Shown here piece by piece: positions 1 to 7,013 of a stretch of DNA of 32,158 nt. Under the pieces are notes generated by a model. It had not been told where the DNA came from and made no database searches. It was given only the letters and a program-made list of their open reading frames with translations. How positions within the stretch are numbered: the first letter of the stretch is position 1; each line of letters begins with the position of its first letter. Made by a program: the position numbers and the translations under genes. The stretch is from Candidatus Hydrogenedentota bacterium (GTDB taxonomy: Bacteria; Hydrogenedentota; Hydrogenedentia; Hydrogenedentales; SLHB01). Location of the stretch: the NCBI GenBank assembly GCA_034408725.1, contig JAWXCN010000128.1, positions 1 to 32,158 on the forward strand. Reading direction: 5' to 3'.

Positions 1-2223
1 GGTTTTGACGGCGTCTTCCGTTGTGGGTTGCGGGGGGCGCCGTGACTCGACCCACTGAACTGCCCAATCTTCCGGTGCTCCGTCATCAAGCACGGTCCCA
101 TTCCGGTCGACGTGGAGGCCCAGCGTCTTCAGGCTTTTCTTGAACGCCGTGAGCGCACCGGCGCGTAATGCCACGGTGTATAAGCCCAATCGGCCCTCGA
201 CATGTTGGGCGAGGTCGCTCATCTCCATTACGCTCGCGCAGGTCTCCGCGGCATCAAACCTGACCAGGGTCGCGGAATGCAGCGTCGGCGGATTCTCGTC
301 ACCACTCCAGGTGCGCAATGCCGTGCGGTAGCGCGGCGCCAAGGGTTTTTCGACAAGCCCTTCCAATGCGGCGGCGTGCAATCCCCAATCGACTTCGCGC
401 CGCAGATGTTCTTTCGACAGCGTCAACACAAGATCGCCGTTTGGCGCGGACTGGACATCACCGATTTCCAACAGGCGGCGGCGCACGAATAGCGAACTTT
501 GCTCCCAGGGCGCGCGAAGGGTGAGGCCTTCGTCTTGCACTACGCAACGGTGTTCAGCCTGCGCATAACTCACGCGCAACTCCGCGTCTTCGGGCTGTTG
601 TGCGAGCAGCACGAAGTGATCACCCAAGCGGCGCGACGCAGGCTCGCGAGATGCCAGGCGCGCCGCATCGTCCGCGGAGAGGCATTCGGCCAACTGGCAA
701 CCGGCGTAGATCGTTACGGAAGATGCCTTGCGTTCCCATGTCGTGACCTGATCGACAACATTCGAGGGTAACGCGCGGCGGGAATGCCGCTGGAGAAGCG
801 CGAGGAACGCGGGAAGGGTTACGCCCGTCTTTAAGCCGCGGTACACGCTGTCTTTTGTCAGGCGGTAGGTGCTGACTACGCCGCCGCGAACCCGCTCGCA
901 AAATGTATCCAGCTTTCGGCGGACGCCCGGTGGACACTTGTCGAAGTACGCGATCACCTCGAAATCTGGCTGCACCACAAGCGCATCCGCGTCATCCGTC
1001 GCGGAACAGGGAGGCGCACCGGCCGCGCCGAGCGCAAACAATCCGGTCGGGGTCAATCGGAAAAAGCGACCTTCCGACGCGAGCTCGACCATGCCGAGTT
1101 TTGCAATCACGCTTTGAACGACCCAGGCGATTAGCCGCTTTTCGTGGACTTGCCACGATCGGTCCCTCCACGCTGGAGAGGGATCGTGGGTGTTGGTGGC
1201 GATGGCGCGCCAACGCTCCTCGACAAACAAAAGATTTGGGTCCGCGCGCCGCACAAAATCCACGAACGCATCAACGGTGTACCACGCATCCGCATGAAGG
1301 CTGGCAAGCAGTTTTGCAATGAGCACTTTGTGATACGTCCGGCGAAGGGAACCCGCCGGCAGATGCTCTTCAAATGCGGCAGTCAATTGCGGAAAAAACA
1401 GCGCAATGTCGATCAAGTCTTCGGAGGCGATATATGCGTCGAAAAGGTCGCGTGTCCGGTGCGCCGCGTCCAGCTCCGACCACCGTTCAGCCTGCTGAGT
1501 AACTTCCAGGCGCCCTGACTTGGCCTCCATGCAACCCAGTTGCCGGCCCATCATTAGGGCCAGGCCATATATGTCGGGCGCGATTCCCGCTTCGGACGCG
1601 AGTTCCTTTGCGCGCGCCGCGTCGGATTTATGGATTTCACCCGTCGCGGTGACACGAAGCGCAAGCGTTTCGACAATCCGGAGCGTCTCTAAAAACGCGC
1701 TGGTCGCGGTATCCGGCGCCGCTTCCCGGGCGCTTCCCGTTTCGGGGATTTCGTCGCTGGGGGACGGTAACGCGAAGTCCAGGGGCGGAGATTCCAAGTC
1801 GGACTTGCGGACATGATCGAGCAGCGACAGTGACAAGCCGTTTTGGGTCTGGTCGTGACGGGCAAATTGCTGAAGCGAGAATGTGCCATGACCTTCTTCC
1901 GGCAGTGCGAGCACGAATCCCCAGGTTGCGAGCGTCTGGACAACGCCGGAAATAGGGGTTTGACCGGCGAGTGCGGGTACGCTGAGAATGTCCTTCGCGG
2001 GAACGTACGGCCGGTTCGTAAAGAGATGTGCAACGCGCCGCTCCGCTGGAGATAGGGCGCTTAGGGCTTTTTCCACGTGAAGGGGGTCAGTCAGGACTTT
2101 TTCAATCGCGCGTAACCGGTTCGCGGGATTCGAGATAGCAAGGTTCCAGCGGTCACAGATTTGTGCGAGGGCATCGGCGGTATACCCGCGCAGGCACTCT
2201 TTAACACTGTACAGGGGCGTCAT
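1..2223 (-). CDS. Helicase-associated (Helicase_C_3 / XPB N-terminal / p52-clutch-like) domain protein, >741 aa, 3' end beyond the left window edge
   Basis: Absent from the ORF track. Manual translation gives an open minus-strand frame from ATG 2223 (MTPLYSVKECLRGYTADALAQICDRW...) to position 1 with no stop. It contains LVVQPDFEVIAY...TYRLTKDSVYRGLKTG...FLALLQRHSRRALPSNVVDQVTTW (~981-735), the Helicase_C_3 pattern. The start overlaps the upstream stop (ATGA). Confidence 0.85.
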   Translation of the reverse strand, partial: MTPLYSVKECLRGYTADALAQICDRWNLAISNPANRLRAIEKVLTDPLHVEKALSALSPAERRVAHLFTNRPYVPAKDILSVPALAGQTPISGVVQTLATWGFVLALPEEGHGTFSLQQFARHDQTQNGLSLSLLDHVRKSDLESPPLDFALPSPSDEIPETGSAREAAPDTATSAFLETLRIVETLALRVTATGEIHKSDAARAKELASEAGIAPDIYGLALMMGRQLGCMEAKSGRLEVTQQAERWSELDAAHRTRDLFDAYIASEDLIDIALFFPQLTAAFEEHLPAGSLRRTYHKVLIAKLLASLHADAWYTVDAFVDFVRRADPNLLFVEERWRAIATNTHDPSPAWRDRSWQVHEKRLIAWVVQSVIAKLGMVELASEGRFFRLTPTGLFALGAAGAPPCSATDDADALVVQPDFEVIAYFDKCPPGVRRKLDTFCERVRGGVVSTYRLTKDSVYRGLKTGVTLPAFLALLQRHSRRALPSNVVDQVTTWERKASSVTIYAGCQLAECLSADDAARLASREPASRRLGDHFVLLAQQPEDAELRVSYAQAEHRCVVQDEGLTLRAPWEQSSLFVRRRLLEIGDVQSAPNGDLVLTLSKEHLRREVDWGLHAAALEGLVEKPLAPRYRTALRTWSGDENPPTLHSATLVRFDAAETCASVMEMSDLAQHVEGRLGLYTVALRAGALTAFKKSLKTLGLHVDRNGTVLDDGAPEDWAVQWVESRRPPQPTTEDAVKT

Positions 2224-2426
2224 TCGCGAACTCTTGGCAAATGGCCCAGGGACAGCAGTCGGCGTGTAACTTCTTGAATGGCCTGTGGTTGTACCGAAAT
2301 GCAGGTATCCGACAGGCGATCACCCAGAAAGGGTTGAAGGCCCGGATCGCTTTCAATCTCGGTCAGGAGCAGGGAGTCAGTCACCTCGATGATGGCAACT
2401 CCCTCATGTAATTTGTAGGGTTTCAT
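2220..2426 (-). CDS. 68-aa small protein, putative p8/Tfb5-like fold
   Basis: ATG-started ORF whose TGA overlaps the ATG of the downstream gene. The pattern GVAIIEV-D...RLSDTCISVQP...V...L resembles the module that follows Helicase_C_3 domains, and Tfb5. Confidence 0.75.
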   Translation of the reverse strand: MKPYKLHEGVAIIEVTDSLLLTEIESDPGLQPFLGDRLSDTCISVQPQAIQEVTRRLLSLGHLPRVRE

Positions 2427-2466
2427 CTGCCAAATAAATCTGTTTTAGTTAAAACTCCGACCGATG

Positions 2467-2475
2467 ACTATACCA
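2467..2475 (-). promoter_or_regulatory. Candidate extended -10 promoter (TGgTATAGT) for the p8-like/p52-like pair
   Basis: Minus strand reads TGGTATAGT about 40 nt upstream of ATG 2426, in an AT-rich intergenic region. No convincing -35. Confidence 0.4.
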
Positions 2476-2627
2476 AACTCCGAAAACAAAAGGAAACTGG
2501 CCACCTCGGATGGCAGCTTCCGGTGCTACTGGCATTTAACCGGGTATCCTTTGCTACAATGCGCGCTTCCTGGGGGAAGGCTTGTGGTGGCGCTTTCCAC
2601 TAAATCAAACGACCTGGCTGCTTTTCC

Positions 2628-3680
2628 ATGCGAATTGGTGTAAATATTCTCGGGCTCGAGCCCGGTTATGACGAAGAAGACGTGTACCTCCGGAATGTGC
2701 TCGTGCGGATGCGCGAAATCCAGCCGGACGCGCAGTTCATTCTCTTTACCGATGCGAAGAACCATGCTTCTTTCAACGGGTGGGAACGGGTGTTCGTGGG
2801 GAAGCCGCCGGATGGCCTACAGGGTCCGGTCAACGTCGAGAAGAACGCGGACCGGGCGGCAAAGGCGTCGAAGGTCGATCTCGTGTTCTCGCCGCTGCAG
2901 ACCGCGAGCGAGGTAACGGCAGTCCCGGTCGTCCCGTATGTGCTCGATCTTAGTTTTATTGACGGACCGGAGAAGGGCCGGTGGGGTGGCGCGTCCTTGT
3001 TGAAAGAGTTCAAAAAGATTAGTGCGCGCGCGCAGGTGCTGGTGGCGCCGTCCGAACATATGCGCCGCCGTTTGTTGGCGTTGCTCGGAGTGCCCATGGA
3101 CAAGGTGGTGGTGGCGCCGCCGGGGGCTGACGCGGGATTCGAGACAGCGCATGCGTCAATCGCACAGGAGCCGTATCTTGTGACATGCAATGATACGCGC
3201 CATCGTGAGCATCTGAAATTTTTGCTGGAGGCGTTCGCGAAATTGACGGAAGAATTGCCCCACAACCTTGTGATCATAGGCCGGCCAGACCATACCGAAC
3301 CTTCGGATTGGGGTCCGCGCGTATTACGGATACATCAGTGCCCCGTGCCGCAACGGGCGGGGTTGTTGCAGCATAGCGATGCTTATGTGAGCGCGTCGTT
3401 GCATGAGGGCGCGTGCATCACCATATTGGAAGCCATGCGCGCTGGCGCGCGGATTATCGCGCCGCGGGTTGGGGGCGTGCCGGAGATTGCATCGACATTG
3501 CCAATTTTCTTCAACCATGAAAGCGTGGCCTCGCTGATGGGGGCGGTGCGCCGCGCGTTGCAGGAAGACAAAGGGGAACGCGCGCGGCAGATCGCGTTTG
3601 CCCGCAGCCGCGCCCGCGAGTATACGTGGGAACGGTGCGCGTGGACCACGTTGAGCGCGTTTAGGAAGGTCCATGCATAA
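2628..3680 (+). CDS. Glycosyltransferase family 4 (GT-B fold)
   Basis: 350 aa. N-terminal MRIGVN, APSEHMR, and C-terminal SLHEG-x-x-ITILEAM-x-AG-x-x-II...YTWERCA are typical of GT4. Confidence 0.88.
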   Translation: MRIGVNILGLEPGYDEEDVYLRNVLVRMREIQPDAQFILFTDAKNHASFNGWERVFVGKPPDGLQGPVNVEKNADRAAKASKVDLVFSPLQTASEVTAVPVVPYVLDLSFIDGPEKGRWGGASLLKEFKKISARAQVLVAPSEHMRRRLLALLGVPMDKVVVAPPGADAGFETAHASIAQEPYLVTCNDTRHREHLKFLLEAFAKLTEELPHNLVIIGRPDHTEPSDWGPRVLRIHQCPVPQRAGLLQHSDAYVSASLHEGACITILEAMRAGARIIAPRVGGVPEIASTLPIFFNHESVASLMGAVRRALQEDKGERARQIAFARSRAREYTWERCAWTTLSAFRKVHA

Positions 3681-3710
3681 TCCAAGACTTTTTTTGATTG
3701 GCTCCAACCC

Positions 3711-3984
3711 CGACTCGTAATCGTAATCGAAAATGGGAAGCGAGATCGTGAGTATTGAGGAAGCAGGAGGGTTAGCACTCTTTTTCGTCTGCTCGTAAAC
3801 GTCGACCGAAGCTGCGGCTTAATTATTCGTGTTCAACGTACTACATCGACTAACGAGTTGCGATAAATCGAGTACGATGAAGAGCACGAGCACGAGCACG
3901 CTACGATCAATTAATTTACGCGGACGATCCTCCTACGCCCTCCGAAGCTGCGGGCTGCGAAGGACAGGTTGCGATTACGAGTCG
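3711..3984. repeat. Intergenic repeat element with a 13-bp inverted repeat and a GAGCAC microarray
   Basis: CGACTCGTAATCG (3711-3723) is the reverse complement of CGATTACGAGTCG (3972-3984). (GAGCAC)3 at 3882-3899. Direct repeat CCGAAGCTGCGG at 3806 and 3942. Confidence 0.65.
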
Positions 3985-4011
3985 AAATCCAAAAACTTCA
4001 ATGGAGTTGGT

Positions 4012-5190
4012 ATGTTATTCCAAACCCGTATCGGCCTAGTCCAAGCCTTTCTTCGCGCGAATAAATATGATGGCGTCCTGCTGTCGCGGGCCGATAATTT
4101 TGCGATGGCGACGGGCGGGAAACGCAATTGGGTGTGGACCGCGGGAGACCTCGGCGCGAACTCGCTGTTTATCACGAAAACGGGCGAAGCGTATTACGTT
4201 GGCAATACCATCGAGCAGGGGCGCGCGATGGACGAAGAGCTCGCGGGGCTCAATTGCGGGATCAGGAAGTTCCTTTGGTTCGAAGACAGCGCGGCGGCAA
4301 TTGTGAAGAAGGAGTTCACTGGAAAAATCGTCAGCGACGACGGTTCGATTGGTGAGAATGTGCATGGGAAACTCGCGACGTTGCGCGCATTGCTCACGCC
4401 GGAGGAGCTGGAAAAATACAGGCGTTTGGGAAAACTCGCGGTGGAGGCGATGATGGCTACGCTCGAGAGCATCGTCGCGGGGATGACGGAAGCGGATATT
4501 GCCGCGAAACTGGTTGCAGAAGGATTCAAACGGCGGTGTCAGGTGCCGGTGTTTCTGGTCGCCGCGGATGATCGTATCGCGAAGTATCGGCACCCAATCC
4601 CGACGCAGCGGACGCTGCTCGGCGATGGTGTGCAGGAACGCTCGGTTCGCAATTATGTGATGGTCGTCGGTTGTTTTGTGTACGAGGGGTTGGTAGTAAG
4701 CATTACGCGGTTCAAGCAAACGGGCGAGATGCCGTTGTTTGTGCCGGATGCGTACAACCGCATCTGTGGCGTCGATGCGCTGATGCAGGAGGCGTCGAAA
4801 CCGGGCACTACGCTTGGCGGCGTATTCGCCGTTTGCCAGCGCGCATATAAAGACCTTGGCTTTCCTGAAAACGAGTGGCACAACCATCACCAGGGCGGCG
4901 CGACAGGCTACGCGGGGCGCACAGTAAAAGGCGCGCCCGGCGAAACTTTTCCTATACTCGATGGCACTTGGGAAAAGCGCGTGAAGGACGTCGCCGATAT
5001 CAAGACGCAGTTCGGGATGGCGTTTGCATGGAATCCATCCGCGGTGGGGGTGAAGTCGGAGGATACCTTTATTCTGCTGCCGGATGGGACGCAGGAAATT
5101 GTTACGTTGACGCCGGAATTGCCGGGGGTGGAACTATCAGCCGTACTACGGCGAGAGACCTCGGTGGTAAAGTCCAGCATCGCGACGTAG
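4012..5190 (+). CDS. M24-family (Xaa-Pro aminopeptidase/creatinase-like) protein
   Basis: Likely start ATG 4012 after a GGAG RBS. Creatinase-like N-domain (DGVLLSRADNFAMATGG). Pita-bread-type motifs GMTEADIA, YRHP, HHQGG-x-TGY, AWNPS, KSEDT. Confidence 0.85.
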   Translation: MLFQTRIGLVQAFLRANKYDGVLLSRADNFAMATGGKRNWVWTAGDLGANSLFITKTGEAYYVGNTIEQGRAMDEELAGLNCGIRKFLWFEDSAAAIVKKEFTGKIVSDDGSIGENVHGKLATLRALLTPEELEKYRRLGKLAVEAMMATLESIVAGMTEADIAAKLVAEGFKRRCQVPVFLVAADDRIAKYRHPIPTQRTLLGDGVQERSVRNYVMVVGCFVYEGLVVSITRFKQTGEMPLFVPDAYNRICGVDALMQEASKPGTTLGGVFAVCQRAYKDLGFPENEWHNHHQGGATGYAGRTVKGAPGETFPILDGTWEKRVKDVADIKTQFGMAFAWNPSAVGVKSEDTFILLPDGTQEIVTLTPELPGVELSAVLRRETSVVKSSIAT

Positions 5191-5195
5191 CATCC

Positions 5196-5365
5196 TAAGC
5201 GTCTCTAACAAAAGTGCCGTAACCCTTACAGGGTACCGTTAGTGGGAACTGTACCTGGGGTAGGTCCGCCTTTGTCGAAGCGACTGCGGCGGCCCAACCC
5301 CAGGCTGCGCGCTGTAACCCCTTCGGGATAAAAAGACGCAAGATAGGTTTTGTTAGAGATTCTAA
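5196..5365. mobile_element. MITE-like non-autonomous element (~164 bp) with 15-bp imperfect terminal inverted repeats and flanking TAA repeats
   Basis: TAA|GCGTCTCTAACAAAA (5199-5213) ... TTTTGTTAGAGATTC (5348-5362)|TAA; 13/15 TIR match. Internal hairpins include CCTGGGGTAGG...CCAACCCCAGG and ACCCTTACAGGGT. Confidence 0.6.
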
Positions 5366-5503
5366 GATAACTGTAGCCGGTCTCCCGACCGCGCTACTCG
5401 AGGACCGGAGGTCTCCTTCTTTGATACCGGGTGTGATGGTATTCCGATATCAGGCCCGTAACCATGTGCTAGAATGCATTAAACTGAGCCATTGGAGTGA
5501 ATC

Positions 5504-5788
5504 ATGTTTCTGCACGTTATCGAAGCCAACCATATAAAAGACCATAAGATTTGGTTGCGCTTCAACGACGGCGCAAGTGGAGAAATCGACCTTTCCGGAT
5601 CGCTAACGGGACCCGTATTCGAGCCGCTTCTTGATATTCAGGAGTTCAAAGCATTTCGGATTGAAGGCAATACCATCTCATGGGCAAACGGGGCAGACTT
5701 CGCGCCCGAATATCTGCACGACTTGCTGGTTGCAAAACGCTATGAAATAGTGGGACCACCGATTGCGCACGACGCTACACCTTATTGA
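5504..5788 (+). CDS. DUF2442-domain protein (antitoxin-like)
   Basis: 94 aa with a GGAG RBS. IWLRFNDG..GEIDL...GPVFEPL...F...NTISWANGADFAPEYL matches the DUF2442 pattern. Confidence 0.85.
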   Translation: MFLHVIEANHIKDHKIWLRFNDGASGEIDLSGSLTGPVFEPLLDIQEFKAFRIEGNTISWANGADFAPEYLHDLLVAKRYEIVGPPIAHDATPY

Positions 5789-5957
5789 TCCTGCTGTTTT
5801 TGAATGCGATGGATTTGCCATCGTGAACAATGTGTTTTCGGACCAGATCGATGGCCTAATCTCCGCGATTGCCGCGCATCGCCGGGTCATCCACATCGAG
5901 TTTGCCGCTGATGACCTTCCTTGCGGTTTGGAATGGCACGAGCGGATTCTGTCATGA
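5763..5957 (+). pseudogene. Internally deleted phytanoyl-CoA-dioxygenase (PhyH)-family remnant
   Basis: The 64-aa frame joins a PhyH-type N-terminus (DGFAIVNNVFSD..I..LI.AI) directly to a PhyH-type C-terminus (HRRVIHIEFAADDLPCGLEWHE). No HxD...H core. The stop overlaps the ROK ATG. Confidence 0.55.
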
Positions 5958-6925
5958 CGATTCCGAATTACGTTTTAGCCCTGGAGATCGGCGGCACAAA
6001 GCTGCAGGCTGCGCTTGGGACAAGCGAAGGCGAGATTGTTTTGCGCGAGCGCGGCGATGCGCCGGCTGCTGGTGGGGCGGAGGCGATCCTTGCCTGGTTT
6101 GATTGCGCGGTTCCGAAGTTGATCGCGGAAGCGAGTGCGCGCGGTGCGAAAGTGGGCGGTATTGGCGTGGGGTTTGGCGGGCCTGTCGAAACCGTAACAG
6201 GCACGGCGCTGGTTTCTCACCAGGTTGGCGGGTGGAGCGGTTATCCTCTTAAAAAGTATTTTGAGGACCGGTTTGGTCTTCCCACTTACGTTGGCAATGA
6301 TGCCAATGTCGCGGGTTGGGGCGAATACAAATGCGGCGCGGGCAAGGGCACGCGGACGTTTTGTTATATGAACATCGGGAGCGGTATTGGCGGCGCGTTC
6401 GTTATCAATGGCGCGCTCCTCGATGGGCAGGGATTCGGCGCGGCGGAGATTGGTCACACGAATATCCCTGACTGGACGAAGGATGCGCCGGGAGCGTTCG
6501 ACAAGTTGGAGAAACTATGCAGCGGTTGGGCGATTGAGAAGCGATTGCGCGCGACGGCAAAGCTGGAACCGGGGACGCCGTTGCATGGGATGTGTGAAGG
6601 CGATCCCGCGCGAATCACTTGTGCATTATTAGGCGAGGCTGCGAGGAACGGCGACGCGTTTGCGCTGAATGCGATTGACGAAGTTGCGCGCGGCGTCGGT
6701 ATCGCGCTGGCGACTGTTGTGACGCTGATTCATCCTGAGCGGATTGCGGTTGGGGGTGGGGTGAGTTTGCTGGGGGACGTGCTGCTGGAACCGATTCGCA
6801 GACATGTTGATGCGCTATGCTTTGGGGCGTACCGGGGAAAATACGAGATTGTGCCGTGTGCGCTGGGGGAAGATGTGGTGTTGGTGGGTGGGTTGTTGAT
6901 GGCGGCGGGGTGGAAGGACCTATAG
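5954..6925 (+). CDS. ROK-family sugar kinase (glucokinase-like)
   Basis: Start ATG 5954 (ATGA overlap). Motifs LALEIGGTK, GIGVGFGGPV, NDAN, IGSGIGG, AAEIGH, GGGVS. No N-terminal HTH. Confidence 0.9.
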   Translation: MTIPNYVLALEIGGTKLQAALGTSEGEIVLRERGDAPAAGGAEAILAWFDCAVPKLIAEASARGAKVGGIGVGFGGPVETVTGTALVSHQVGGWSGYPLKKYFEDRFGLPTYVGNDANVAGWGEYKCGAGKGTRTFCYMNIGSGIGGAFVINGALLDGQGFGAAEIGHTNIPDWTKDAPGAFDKLEKLCSGWAIEKRLRATAKLEPGTPLHGMCEGDPARITCALLGEAARNGDAFALNAIDEVARGVGIALATVVTLIHPERIAVGGGVSLLGDVLLEPIRRHVDALCFGAYRGKYEIVPCALGEDVVLVGGLLMAAGWKDL

Positions 6926-6983
6926 GACTTATGGGACTTATGGGACTCATGCGAGCTATGGGACGCATGCGAGATGTGGGGGA
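6921..6983. repeat. Degenerate 9-bp tandem repeat (TATGGGACT-like, ~7 units) between convergent genes
   Basis: TATAGGACT TATGGGACT TATGGGACT CATGCGAGC TATGGGACG CATGCGAGA TGTGGGGGA. Confidence 0.75.
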
Positions 6984-7013
6984 TTGGCGAAATAGCTTAC
7001 AGGGGAAGGCGGG

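Noticed and set aside
140-2055. Many short ORFs listed in the track for this region
   Set aside because: They are shadows of the single long minus-strand gene <1..2223, which has recognisable domain motifs.
3829-4011. 61-aa N-terminal extension of the M24 ORF (STSTST)
   Set aside because: It translates the intergenic GAGCAC repeat; the RBS and domain start support ATG 4012.
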